DNA of 63,477 bases, the filler included, from Intoshia linei (Eukaryota; Animalia; Orthonectida), in assembly GCA_001642005.1 (NCBI GenBank). It is 8 parts of 8 records of this genome, joined end to end, with 100 filler letters (N's around TTAATTAATTAA, not from the genome) between each part and the next. Parts side by side here need not be neighbours in the genome. Positions count along the whole stretch, not along the records: positions 1 to 21,966 come from LWCA01000644.1; 7 more parts are not named here. One strand, given 5' to 3'. A program made the translations under genes and the position numbers. The notes under the pieces were generated by a model, which was not told the DNA's origin, did no database searches, and worked only from the letters and a program-made list of their open reading frames with translations. How positions within the stretch are numbered: the first letter of the stretch is position 1; the number at the start of each line of letters is the position of its first letter. This document shows positions 1-14,300 of this stretch, in pieces.

Positions 1-127
1 TATATTATATATATTTATTATTATTATTAATATATTATTATTATGAATTATTCAATGGGAGTTTAATTTGCACTATTGTTTACTGATTAAACCATTTAAT
101 AACCAGTTATTCATAACAATATTTTAA

Positions 128-343
128 CCCTTTCACTGTCTGATGCAATTTTATGTACTATCACCACACGTCGGTAATTTATGTTTTAATTTAAACTTGT
201 ATTATTTTTAAATTACTTATGTGAAAGTGTATGAAAATAAAAGAATAAAGTTTTTCAAAATTATGCTGTGTATATCATAGAATACATAGACCTGTGAAGT
301 GAAATTGCTGTGTATAGTATAGAATACATAGACAGTTAAAGGG
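128..343. mobile_element. piggyBac-type MITE
   Basis: TTAA on both flanks (124-127, 344-347). TIRs CCCTTTCACTGTCT / AGACAGTTAAAGGG match at 13/14. Internal direct repeat TGCTGTGTATA..ATAGAATACATAGAC at about 264 and 306. Confidence 0.8.
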
Positions 344-482
344 TTAAAATTACAGTAAAATTTTTAGGCTTTTGGTGAACAAAACCTTTAATTCAATTAA
401 TATTTATTGAAATTAAGATTATTTCAAGATTTAATTTTAATTTAATTTGTACATGTTAAATAACTTATCTATATAAATAAAA

Positions 483-3400
483 TTAATTTGAAGAAGAGAT
501 TGGAAGAGTGATTTGAGCGCTTGGTTTTTCTTCATTTTTAAGATTTTTAAACTTTTCATTTTCATAATAATCATTTAAAAATTTTCGTTTTGGTGTTACT
601 ATATTATCATAAGATTTCGACGAAGAATTTGGAATGATTGGTTTGGTTGATATGTGAGGTCGTTTTATTAGAGGTTGTGATTTATCGACAAAATCATATT
701 TTCTTTTAAATATATTTCTAATTTTTTCATCATTACTTATTTCGAGAATTTTTTTGTGTAAAATTTCTTGTGATTTTCCTGATTTTCCATCATTATGAGT
801 ATTTGAATCTACGTTTATATTGTGTATTCCTGTCGAGTTTGATGATTTTTCAATTTCAATTATCGTTTTATTTTCCGATTTTTGTGAAATTGATTCAACT
901 TGAGATATATGTGATAGTGATACTATTGTATCGTTCAATTTTAGCTTGGCAACAGTTAAATTATAATGAGAAAACGTTTTTTCTGGGTCGACACTTGACC
1001 AACCTTGATTCATCACAAAAAATGGGTGTTCTGGTGTGCAATATATGGATACCTACATCATAAAATATATTTAATTAATCCTTTACTTATATAAAATTGA
1101 ATGTCTGTGTGTGTTAACGTTTATTTAAAAAATGGACAGTCGTAGAATTTAATAAAACCCAATTTTTAATACAGTTTTTCCCAGAGTGTTTTTATGTCTA
1201 TATTTCAGTTTCCAATGTTGAGTTCTTCAAGGTCAAACCCCAATTTTCCCTTTTATAAAAAAATTCAATCTGACAAAGTGACGCCTTCACGGTCAAAAAG
1301 CACTTTAATATTCATTTTTTTAATTTTGAAACTATTTTATTCAAAAATTGAAATAATTAACGGTCGTACAATTAAAAAAAGATTATTCTGATACAGCTTA
1401 TTTTAGTTGATATAAATACAAAATTTCAGTCATTATGAAGAATTTTCTTTAATTTTAAATTTTTTAAATATCTATCATTCCAAAATGCACTTTTACTGAC
1501 TCTCATGGAAAAAATCTACTTTCACTAACCCTTCGTGAAAAAATCAAATTTTTGCATGAAAGTTAGTAAAAGTTAATTTTGGAATGATAGATATTGAAAA
1601 AATATAAAATTAAAGAAAATATTGAAATACAAGAATGCTCCCTCAATAAATTGGATTAAAAAATTACCAAAGTTTCCTTAATTTCACTATTTAAATTAGT
1701 TTTAATTTCAAAAGATATTTCAATAGATCCAATTTTAGATTCTCGTATATTGGTAACCTAAAAAAGAAGTAAATTAATAAATGAAAAAAATTACTTTAGC
1801 TGAATTCATAATAATCATTTTATCATTTTTGGTACTATCAACAAAATCTTGAGTAGTTAATTGAGAAATGGGTTTAACTTGGCCATTATTTAAAGAAATT
1901 AGAGATTGGCTCATAAAACGAGGAGAACAAATTGCATTATTTTTAAAATTATTATTCCAAACTGAATTAATCATTTGATCAGGTTGAGCAGTATTTGCAA
2001 AATTTTTCATAACAGTTAATGGAGGTAAAACATTTGGTACAGCATTATGTATAAACGTTTTATTATTAGAACTTTTAGTAAGTCTATCATCGGAAATGCT
2101 AGCAGTTAAACTTTTATTATAAACTATAGATTGACTTTCAGCTTTAGTAAAATTACGATCGTTAATATCTATTGTTGAACATGAACCTACACTAGTGACT
2201 GACAGATTAGATTTTGATCTAGTATTTACGCTTAAATCCAGAGGTTTAACATCATTGCGTTTAATTATTTTTGAAATCGGATTTGTTTTATCATGTGTTA
2301 TATTTGACGATTTAGTATTCAAACTATTAAAAAGATTTAATTTAGATTTTTCTTCAAGTTTTTGTTTGTTATTATTATTCCATTTAAACTGTGGATTTTG
2401 ATTTTGTTTAGAATTCATTTTATAATCATTTTGTAAATTTCTAAAATTTTGCATGGTTTGTAAATTTTTTAAATTTGGTGGTAAATTTAAAAAATGTTGC
2501 ATTTGAGCTAAATTTGCTAAATTGACATTGGATTGATTTTGAATTGGGTTTGAATTGTGATTGTGATTCGTATTTTGGTTTAAATTGGGATTTTGAATTG
2601 AATTTTGAAGATTGTTTATATATTGCATTTTTTGTAAATTTTCCATGCTATTTAAATTTTGCATGTTCAAGCCATTAGCTTTTAGTAAATGTAAATTTGC
2701 TGGGTTAATATTTGAAAAGTTTGGTTTCATTTGAGAGTTAAAATTTTTCCGTTTAGCTTCATTTGCTAAATTTTGTTTTAACAAATATTCTTGTAAATTT
2801 TCAGGTTTAGTGTTTTGATAATAATATATTGGATTAGGATAAAATTTTTGATTAAATTGATTCATGGAAAAATTTTTATTTTGAGATTCATTCAATTTAA
2901 TGTTCATTTCTTGGATATAATTTTGAATGTTTGCATTATTTATGTTGTTTAAATTTGCATTATCCATATTCATTTGTTCGTTTTTTAAATTATTTTTTAT
3001 TTTTTCGATATATTTTTGGTAAATTTTTTTATCGTTTTTTATATTTAGCATATTTATTTCGTTAGATAACCGTTGACGATTATATGGATCGTGTTGTTCG
3101 TATTTTTGCATTTGTAAAATTTTATTTACGTAATTTTGGTTCAATTGATTCATGTCATTTATATTTCCCATTGGATCATTTTTTATTCCAGGGCTAACGA
3201 TATTAGGAACTTTTTTTAAAAATGGATTTTCGATACCATTTCTCATTACATTTGACATTCTCTCTGGTTGAGGGCATATAATTTGACCGTAACTATCAGA
3301 TATTTGCAAATTTCTATTTTTGTAATTAAAATTTTTATTAAATGGTTTAGTGTTTATTTTGAAATTTGGATTGATATTTTGACCGTATAATTGGTTTAAC

Positions 3401-4382
3401 ATGTTGATTGATTTTTTGTTAAAATTTTGTTTAATGTTCTGGTCTATATTTTGGCTCATGTTTTGATTTATTTTTTGGGTGTAATTTGGATTTAAATTCA
3501 TACCAAAAGAGTTGACTCCCAACTTTGATTTTAATTGCATTTTAGCAAGTTCATTATTTGAACTTGAGAGTTGATTCATATCATTAGAATTCATGTTTGC
3601 CATTTGCTTATTTATTAAATTTGTTTTTAAAGCTTCCAAATAATTTATATCCTTCAAATCTTTTAAATGATTTAAATTTGGATTATTGTAAAACTGTGAA
3701 TTCAATTGATTTGGTTGATACCCAAAATGTTTTGGTTCATTTGTAGATTCCTTGGATTTTTTATATTTTTCATACAATTGATACTGATTTAGTAAATTTT
3801 TGTGCATTAATGCTTCATTTTGATTCATTTTTCGATTTGAAAACAATTTACCTTGTTCATTTTTATCCGACTCCATTTGCATGCTATTTATTTGATTTTT
3901 CCCCATATTGTTTATATTATTAATTGAATAACCTTGAAAATTACCGAAAGCTGAATTAAAACAAGGTTTTTCTTTAAAATTCATTGAATCAATAGTAAAT
4001 TGTTTATTTAGTGAATTTTGAGAAGATTGCGATTTTTCCAAATTTGATTTTGGCATAATTAAATTTTGAGATTTGAATAAATTTTTTCCACTTTTACTTT
4101 TATTTTCTTTCATTTTATTAAGAATTTGCTTTTTTTTCGATAAATTCAATATGTCTGGTTTATTTAAATCTTGTTTAGACATTTTTGAATTTATATAGCT
4201 ATTTTTCAAATTTAATTGTTGGTTGTTTTGCGTAAATGCATAATTAGCTGATTGTAAATTTTTGTTATTTTTAAAACTTTGATAAATTTTTTCTTGTGCA
4301 TTTTCTTGGTTTAAATTGCGTTCGGTTTTTAATGTATTTAAATATTGTTTTGGTTCCTCACTACACAAATTTAATGTCAAAT
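483..4382 (-). CDS. ATXN1: Ataxin-1 family AXH-domain protein with a long Asn/Gln-rich N-terminus (start exon not resolved)
   Basis: Exons ~4382-1795, 1757-1668 and 1052-483 splice in frame with GT-AG. They give RFMSQSLISLNNGQVKPISQLTTQDFVDS...VSIYCTPEHPFFVMNQGWSSVDPEKTFSHYNLTVAKLKLNDTIVSL, matching the ataxin-1 AXH motifs FMKGSIIQLANGELKKVEDL and EYPFFVFGQGWSSC. Further small exons are probable at ~4497-4650. Confidence 0.85.
1079..1440 (+). mobile_element. Non-autonomous Helitron, 5' fragment, in an ATXN1 intron
   Basis: Family 5' end A^TCCTTTACTTATATAAAATTGAATGTCTGTGTGTGTT, plus the internal module GTGACGCCTTCACGGTCAAAAAGCA shared with other copies. Confidence 0.7.
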
Positions 4383-6239
4383 CTAAAATGTAAAATTTTA
4401 ATTTATTATGTGTACTTTTGTAAATTTGTAATTTATTTATTTAAATGTATGGTACGTTTTTCAATAATTTCAATTACAAATAAATATTATATTACTTAAT
4501 TCACTGTTGACTAAAAATTTCAATTTAATTTGTTCAAATAAATGCATTAATCTTAAATTGCAATTTTAGTATGTGATACGTTAGATAAGATAACTTTTAA
4601 TTTATGTAAAAATTACATTTTCAACCAGTAAACAAACAATTTGCGCCATTTATTTAAAAAGTATAACAGGTGTACAATTATAGTTTAATTGTCATAGTGT
4701 ATTGCGTTTAGTATTATTATTTTACATGTATACTTATATTTACTTTATATCGCGTTAAAAATATAGATAAATGTTATGGTAATTTTTTAATGTTTACTAA
4801 ATGTGTACTTTAATATACATTTATACCTAGATGTCTATTACTTTCTGATATTAATATGGCGCAAAAAAAATTATTAAACTACAAACAACTTTTTAAAATT
4901 TTAATATATAAGTTTCATCGTATTATCGCTTTGCTTATTTTCATTTGAAACATATTAAATGGTTATTAAAATTGTAAATATTAAATTATTATTATTTTTA
5001 ATTTTTAAACATTAATTATTTAATATTTACAGGACTAGTTTGTAGTGTATTTTGATTGTATAAATTGGTTGGAATGTAAAGAGTACAGCTGATGAAATGC
5101 GGTGTAATTTAGTTTTATCTTAGCATTATCTCGTGATTTACGTACGTTTACCTCATGCAGATATATATTTAAGAAGCACACAAACGTTCCAAGTATAAAA
5201 CTAGGTAAGAATAATGTATTGAACATTCTCCATCAATAAGTGAATTAGAGAGTTAGTATAAACTAATAAGAAATGGCGAACGTTCAAATATCAGAAACAA
5301 ATGTTAAGTGATACAAACGAAGATTCATAATCATTCTCGTTTAAAGTTTAATAGTCAAGGGCAATAAGTTATATGAACGCATAGATTTAAGATTTTCACT
5401 AAAATATAATTCGTATATAATATCCCTCAGGAAGATAAGTGGGACGCAACTCTGATGAAATTTTAATGAAGGCAAATTCGAAAGCAATACAGTTTGAATA
5501 CAATTTAAATAATGTAAATAGCCACAATTGAGAAATTAAATTGTATATATAGTATATATAAAGAAAACTTTAAATGGTCAGACTATCTTTAATATTCGTT
5601 GAAATGCATTAATATTTTGGAAATATAATTTTTTTGAGACACCTTACTGTATAAATTGGTACAATTACAGTGTACAATGTACATTAGGGTGGACATAATT
5701 TCAATATGAGTATATGAGTATATAATAATATTTTAAATAAAATAATTGTATATTTTTAATTACATTAAGCTAAATGCAATGATATTGTAATAATAATTTT
5801 GGCTGACCTTCAAATAAATATGTAAATTAATTTTATTTGAAATGTATCATGTGTACATTTTCAAAAACAAGATCCGTAGAATTTTTTTATGTAAAAAAGT
5901 GGCCCACGCGATTCAAAAGATTGCCGAACTTACTGTATATGAATTATAATAAAAACTTTGAGATTAAATATACATTGAATTTTTATTAATTAATTTACAT
6001 TTAAGACTATATATTATATTTTAAATTATATGGATTAATTTTATATTTGTTACAAATTTTTATAACATTTTAGTATGAAAATAAAGTTAAATTTAAATTA
6101 AAACGGGTAATTTTAAATTCCTGAGTAGTCTGATGTTTTTGCAATAATATAAAAAACTAAAATCATAAAGGTTAGTTTTAACTCACTTCTCAGGCCGTAC
6201 GACTCTGGATTTTTTGTTTTAGAAAAATGTTAACATCTT

Positions 6240-6730
6240 ACTATATAAACTATGCAAATTTGATTGCATTTCCTTTCTTTTTGTATAATCGATTAGTTTA
6301 TCGACAGAAACTAATATATCTTGTCTTTCCTCGTCAAATTTGGATAATTCAGCCAATAATAATAATTTTGATAACCAACAATCACTATATTTAAATTTGC
6401 GTTAAAATGGATACTTTCCATATTTTATTTAGACTTTTCCTTTACCATTTTCGAGTATAGAGGAACGTTTATTTTCCGACGACTTAAAAACCATATAAAT
6501 ATTTTTTCCATTTAAGTATATTTTCCACAAATGAGTGATTTAATGTTGGTTAAATTGTTGTTACTTATCTCCTCTTTACATAGGATTCTAACACGGTTTC
6601 GATAAATTGATATTATATTTTTTCTTGGTCGGATATGGTGATCAGCTACCTCTTGATATGTTTTGCCGTTATCAATATCGGATATAATTTTCATTTTAGT
6701 CCGTAAATTAATTGGTATTCTTCGTTTTAT
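6240..6730 (-). pseudogene. Decayed pogo/Tigger (CENP-B-like HTH) transposase fragment
   Basis: KRRIPINLRTKMKIISDIDNGKTYQEVADHH...IISIYRNR resembles the CENP-B/psq HTH. Stops follow. Confidence 0.6.
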
Positions 6731-8383
6731 AAAATATTAACAAATCAAAATAAGCAGACGTTGAACGATATTTAAATTTAGTTTACTTTCATTTGGCGCA
6801 ATTATTTCACTGAGTAACAATTTAAAAATTAATGTTTTATTGCTGTATTTATTTAAATTTAAGTAAACAGTTATTTAAATTAATTTAATTGCAGTGTTAT
6901 CTTAGTGAGAAAATATAAATGTATACTATTAATTAGTAAACTTGGCAAAATGAATTTAGCAAAAAATTGGCAAAGTATATTTTTAATTAGAATCTTTTCA
7001 ATTTTAAATTAATGAAATTTCTTTTGGAATAAGTTCAATCCAAAAAAACTACTTCAGATACCACATAAAATTATAATCCAATTTTGAACATTATTTATAT
7101 TTGTTTATTTAGTAATATTTTTTTTACATTAAATATTGCATCAAGTTTTGAAATTTTTTAGTATTAAATGTTGAGGATTAATTAATCCACTAATCTAGGA
7201 TTCCCGGACTTTATGTAATATGTAATAAATCTAAATTTCAAATGTTACAGAAACATTTATAGTTTTTTCTTAATATTTACATTACATTGTATTCTTATTT
7301 TATTTAATTTACAGATTGGCTCTATATTGTATTTATTTAATGTATCATTTACAATGTAGAATCCACATTGTAGAATCTACAACGTAGATGGTAATTTTTC
7401 GAATTTAAATTTATTTTAGTTTATATTATGAAATTTTACATAAAAATCATTTCCCTCGGGACAACTTCAAACAAGATTTTATATAAAATTTTTTGCATTA
7501 TACTAATTTCTATATCAATCTAATCATTTAGTATACAAAATTACTAACGTTTTATGCAAAATCTGAAATTTTTGAAAATGTGAACATCCTAATCTACATA
7601 TCATATTAATACACGTATTAAAATAAATGTACAAAATATTTCATTATATTAAATTTCAAAAACATGATTAATTATAATTATTAATCGACTACAAATATTA
7701 GTTATGAAATGCCAAAAATTTACCAATGTTCTGTTTTTCTTTATTCAATTTTTCCATGTTCTATAAAAAATGTAAATGTAATTGTAGAATAATGCTCAAT
7801 TTAAAGGTTTAATAGTTATAATTAGTATAATACACCATGTATTACTGTTATACTAATAAAATTTTTTAAAATAACGAATTTTATTTGTTTAAATAAACAA
7901 TTTATACGAGTTTATATATCTGGAAATAATATGGAATCTTGTATATGTAACATTCTAAGATTTAGATAATTTAATTTTTCTAGTTTCCTAAACGATGATT
8001 AGTCATTAATAATTTATTGTATGGTTAAAACCACTGGTTTATACCTTTTGTATCTTTCTAGTCGACAACATTTACTTTATTTGATAGCAATTATTAGTTA
8101 TTATTAGTTTGCAAATATTTTGGTAGTCCTATTTGAGATTTTCGGGACTCGAGTATGATAGATATAGCTTTGCAACGAAATATAATAAATTTAATGTACT
8201 AAAAATTTTTCGTTTGGGTTCATATCTCGATATATCGAAAATGTGGTCTACAACAAAAACGATTGATCACTCTGATCTATGCCTAATAGCGTATAACGTA
8301 GTAATAATATTTTTTAGAAATGCTCAAATTAGGAATTTTTTCCTTAAAAATATAAAAAAATTATCTCTTTTCATTGTTTAATC

Positions 8384-8692
8384 CAGTGTCGACAGTGGCC
8401 ACCAAACTACGGCCCGCAGACCAAATCAGGCCCAAAATTGAATTTTATCCGGCCCGCGAATTACATGTCTATTCAAAATACACCGGGTGATATCTTACAA
8501 ATTATCATATATCATCAACTTTGATTTTAAATAAATACTATCGATTTGTCATTTCTAGATCATGAGAAACCTATTAATTCATTAACTTAAATTTTAAATT
8601 GTAATTTAAAATACCGTCATGTATATTTTCCATCTGGCCCGGTGATTTTTTTTTAGTTAACATCCCCATATCAAAAAGTTTGGTGGCAACTG
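8384..8692. mobile_element. hAT MITE
   Basis: 8-bp TSD GTTTAATC (8376-8383, 8693-8700). TIRs CAGTGGCCACCAAACT / AGTTTGGTGGCAACTG. Subterminal GGCCCG motifs. Confidence 0.8.
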
Positions 8693-9769
8693 GTTTAATC
8701 CATCGTTGCCAATTTTTATTTTTAATGCTACCATGTTAGAATAAAAAAATGTCGCCCCACTATGCGAACGATTTTTGGTGTCTTATAATTTAGAATTTAG
8801 GCATGTGTGCAATTTTGTATTGTCAATTCTACATTGTGCTTAATTTTTTACAAGTCATTTATTAATACTAAATTCGCACTAAACTCATGAGTTATATATT
8901 TCTTTGTAATCAAAAAAATTCTTAATTACTAATACAGTAATACGTAATATGTAATAAGTTTAAATATAATATTCTCAATTTTAGAGTATATATTATATTA
9001 TGTAAATATTGATAGATTAATATATTTATATTAAATAAAGCACGACAATTCACGAAATATGCAAACAACACTATTGATACAAGTTTAACATATTATTTCA
9101 GCTGTTCAAATAATTTGAAATTGTAAAATTAACAACAAATATATACGCCTTTTAGGTATTATTTGTAACGTTAATTGGTTAAAAATGTTTGTATGAATAG
9201 ACATCTGAAAAATATTTGCTATACATCTTTTTTGGTAATACATGTTTATATAAAAATGTTCGACTATAACTAAAAATGTATCAAAACTTTTAAAAAGGAT
9301 TAAAGTTTAAATTAAATTGTATTATAAATTGAACGACATACAAATGGTGCTACATATACAACGTACATTATGAAATAAAATAAAAAATTTCACCATAACC
9401 AAATTTTGGTAAATTATCAATAACCAGTTACATTTTAACAAAAATTACCTTTATGTAAAATCTATACTAATTTAACCTGGTATCAGGATAGTTTTGAAAT
9501 GAATAAGTATAATTAAAATATTGGTACCAGCACGATTACTTTTAAAGAAGATTTTTTATTTACATTATAATCAAATATTTATCATTCAATAGTATCTTTA
9601 AATAAGATGGTACAATTGCATATAGTGTGTATTTATGAATTTATAATATTATTTAGTCAATATTTAATTTATAAACTATATTTTGTTAGTTTATCGAATA
9701 TTAAAGATGTTTAAAAATGAATCTTAATTAAATTTTCTATAATATTATGGTCCTATAATTATATATTAA

Positions 9770-10754
9770 AAGGTTGACTGTTATGTACTACGTACAAACA
9801 GGACCTAGCTCTGCCGAAGACACATTTTTATTATACTTAAAAAATAAATTCACGTTGAAAATCTAATTTAAAAATCCTACTATTCATTATTATCAATCCT
9901 TTAAGGAGTAGTTCCCAAACTTGTTTCAGGTGGAACCATCATATCAAAAATTGTCATAAATAGCATAAATTCTAGAAAAAACCTATTTTGTCATTTTCAA
10001 TGCGTAAATCAAAAATTGGGTAGCAATGAAAAAAATCCCTAAGGAATGAATTATATAGATTTTCACCCATATTTCTATATTGGATATGTGTAGACGTTCA
10101 ATACACATTTTTTTTAAAATTGTAAAATCAATATTTACATTTTCAATTTTTATTTTAATCGAAATATTTGAAAAATATTGGTTGAATATATTAAAAGTAT
10201 TTTTACTCGGAAATGCGTAGATTTTTGGGATTGAAATTTTGTTTAATTTTTGCTTAATTATTTCACATTTTTTGTTTTAATAAAATATTTTAGAAAAAAA
10301 ATATATGAATACTAAAATGCTTTTTTGACCGTGAAGTCGTCATTTATTCAGATTGAAAATTTTTTTATGTGTGTTAACAGGATTCAACTGTACCACATGT
10401 AATTTTTTTAAATTCTAGGGCTGTTTTCATAAAAAAAATGGGTAATTTGTGGTTTTGGCCCTGAAGATATAATTTTTTTAAATTTAAATTTATGATAATG
10501 TATATGATTTTAAAATTCGTATCAGCGTATATATTTGTTTAGATTCTCCAACTTGTTTGATTTTCAAAAAAAGGACAATTTGGGTTTTGACCCGTAAGAT
10601 GAGAGTTTGAAAGGTTGAAATTTATTTTAAAATTATAAAATCATATTCACACATCATCAATTATCATAAAATTCTATGACTGGTAGTTATTGAAATAAAG
10701 TGGAACACACACACACAAAAACAAATATTGCCTAGCATATTATATAAGTAAGGA
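9770..10754 (-). mobile_element. Non-autonomous Helitron copy
   Basis: Minus-strand 5' end A^TCCTTACTTATATAATATGC...(TG)n at 10754. 3' hairpin CTGTTTGTAC-GTA-GTACATAACAG at ~9778-9801. The terminal CTAG is degraded. Confidence 0.8.
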
Positions 10755-11301
10755 TAAGCTTGATATAATAAATTAAGAAAGAGAAAACTAGTGAGATATT
10801 TCTTCACAAAATATAAAATTAAACGTGAAAATGTGAAAGTTTTAGAATTTAAAATTTGAATACAAAAATTTTACTATATAAATTATACCATAATACAAAA
10901 TGTCTACTTATAAGGTAAAGACAAAAGTGAGTAAATTTTCAAAAAATCGAACACTATAAATTGAAAAACAAACTTATTTTTACATTCCGAGCAATCATGA
11001 AAAATTTGTATTAAAACGAACAGATGTGAATCATTTTAGTATAAAAGAGTAATTCGATCACTTTACTCGTTTTTGTCTACTCTAGTAATAATATACATTG
11101 TTATAAATGTATACTGAGCCAGTTATTAATAGTTAATAATTAGGGTTGACCCAGTAACCATTTACCCAGCTTATATTCAGTATTACTGACATTTGAGTAA
11201 ATAAATTTTCAAAAAGGGTAAATTAGGGATAATATAATATGAATAACGAATTAAATATTAGTTTACAGGCCTCTGATCTAAATTATGGTTACAATTATAA
11301 T

Positions 11302-14300
11302 TCAATTTTTATTTAAAAAGTCATCTACAGTTAAAATTTTCTTCCTATCGGAATTTACATTCGTTTCACCATTTTGACAGCTTACCTTTTTGACATTGTC
11401 TTCATTTCCAACTTGATTGTTACAATTTTGCGATAATATTGATTCATTGGATAAATTCAAATCAATTACGTTCATTCTTTCATACGTATGACAGTATTCC
11501 GAGTGTACAGCCCAATTTTTAGTTTTACAAAATATTCCACAATATTTTGCCACATTACACTTTCCACAATATTCTGAAGATTGACGACCACAATTCCAAC
11601 AGTGATTTTTATCGTTATATTGTAATTTATAAAATTGTATCAATTTTTTTTCCTTTTCCCAATAATATAATTCCATTTGAGATGTCAAATTTTTCAGTTT
11701 TTCTAGGTCGGTAGAGTCTAAATTATTTTTATGAGGTTGAGGGTTAACGAAAGTCAAAATAACCGTCGGTAAGACTATAAGAGAAATCCAGAAGCCGAAC
11801 CTGACCTTTGGAGCCTCGTATGGTGACGCTCACTGTTAATGAATTTATTCATAAAAAAAGAGTAAATAGTAAATTGCTTTTTTTGGCCTTGAAGGGTTAA
11901 CTTTGTAACATTGAAATTTTTTATGTAAGTTAAATAGAAAAAGCTGTAAAAATTTAAATAAAAGGATTTTATTATTTAGAGTTTTTTACTCTGAAGGATT
12001 CAAATGCTGAAATTAACATTTGCAATAAAACCTCACTCATAAAACTGAATTATACATTTCTTGTTACATACATACACATTTCTAATTGTCACTTTCTTAA
12101 ATAAATTGGAACAGAAAAATACCGACATTTTAGCTAAACTACTCTATATAGGTAAGCATGATTAATAATCATACTACAGAATTTAACATCACAAATATAA
12201 GCCTTTAAGGTCAAAAAAACAATTTATTATTTACTTTTTTTTTAAAAATTATTTTATTTTATATAAAATCAAAAATATAAAATAATTAAGTGTCCCAGAA
12301 TTTAAAAAAGATTATTATGATACAAATTATTCCAGTTCATCTAGAATATAGATTTTAGATACAAAATTTCAACCACAAAATAATTATTGTAATAAAGTAT
12401 TCTCTCTATAACTCGTCATTCTTGGTATTTCGAAAAAGTTGACAAAATAGAGAATTTAAAACTATAGAAACAACAGATAAAATATTTAAATAAAAGGTTA
12501 AATTGCAATAAAATGTAAATTGTAACACAAATTGTAAAATTTAATACAAAATAATTAAAATCTATCTTATGAAAAAATCCATCTTTACAACTGAAAATAA
12601 TTAATTTATTTTTAATTCACTATTTTCTTTCATTTACTAACATGTAATAGTAAACCAGTAAATAGAATAGAATATAAATACAATTTTTTGTCAGCGTAAT
12701 ATACAAATTCCATCTGCATTATTAAACCTTCTCTTTTGCGATTTAGAAGCATTTTAAATTTCAACGTGATATAAAACTTAATTACATAAAATCTTAACTA
12801 ATTTATTTTGATTAATGGGTTTAAAACTTTTAGTTTTACATTTTAAATTAATGGCGAGTTACAAAATTAAATGTTAATATTTCCATATTAAAGTAAAAAT
12901 CGTATGACAAGATACAGAATTGGCGAGTTGCGGAGAGAATACTGTATTTGAATTCAAATAAGTTACTACTTAATTGGCATTTATTTATTGTAATAGATTT
13001 TGTCATTAGATCGGTTTCTTTAACATAATCAGTATATTTAAGTCTTAAATCTTCAAATAGTTTTTTCATATTTTGAAAAACAGGTTCCATAAATAAAAGT
13101 ATCTAAAAATATTAAATTTTAGGTTTTCTATTTTTTTCTATGTACAAACTTTAGCTAGCTCTACCACAGCGGACGCTTCCATTTTTTTTAAATATAGGTT
13201 TAATTTCTAATAACAATAATTTAGGAATACAACATAATAATAGTATACTTGTAATGAAAAATAATTTTCTAAAAAAATATATATACACAAGTCCTATTTA
13301 CGAAGCTGACTTGATTATTATGATTATTTTTTTATTCACATCATGTGAATCACGTGTCAATTCAGGATATATTTATTATATTTATAAAATAACGATAGTT
13401 CTCTGATTCCAAAAATATATGAAATTTTATAATTTAAGAAATTTCAATCTTCATTATTAAAAACGCATATTATCTAATACACCTAATATAATATACGTAT
13501 CATTATTATTATTATTTATTATTTGTTTTCAAATAATAAAATTAATAAAATTTTTTTGCATTTTTCATGGAAAGCACTGCATTAGATTGATCAAAAAAAT
13601 AAAACGTATTTTTGAACGTTTTAAGGAAATTGTGTAAAAATGAAATGTCCGCCTGCACAAAGCTAGCAATTGTTTGTACTGTATAGACAAGTTGGTAATA
13701 CCAACTTGCCATTTAATATAAATAATACATTTGAACATGCATTCCATAAATGAAAAATTTCATTTTCCAATCGATTTATGTTTAAGGCAATTTTATTTTC
13801 TTTTAAATTATTTTCGTAAATTGAATCTAATTTTCCAGACATTTTTGGAATTCCATTATACATTTTTTTGTCGTTTGAGCAAAATTTAGAAATTTTACTA
13901 AAATATATACCATGTAAATCAAATATATATAACATAATTTTTGAAAATACAAATTAATTATTGAAATATTCAGTAACATTTGAAATAAATCAATTTTCCA
14001 ATAAACAATAAATTTAAAACAAGCTAATTCCTATATAACGGAATTCCTCATTAACGAACTGTGAATTTTTCTAAATTACAATAATTCCTTTAAATTTTAA
14101 TTTTTAATTTTAATGAATAGCATATTAATTATGGTAAAGCTTTTTCTGTTCACATTAAAAAGTTAAATAAGTAAAACATTTTATTTTCTTCTTGATTAAT
14201 AATGATAATAATGGTTGATTATTAATTATATGAAATGAAATGACATGCAAATATAGGTTAAATGTAATGAAAATCAAAATATTTTCATTTTTTCATAGTT

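Noticed and set aside
5035-5226. 63-aa ORF with a hydrophobic N-terminus
   Set aside because: No recognisable motif or splice support, so it cannot be told from chance.
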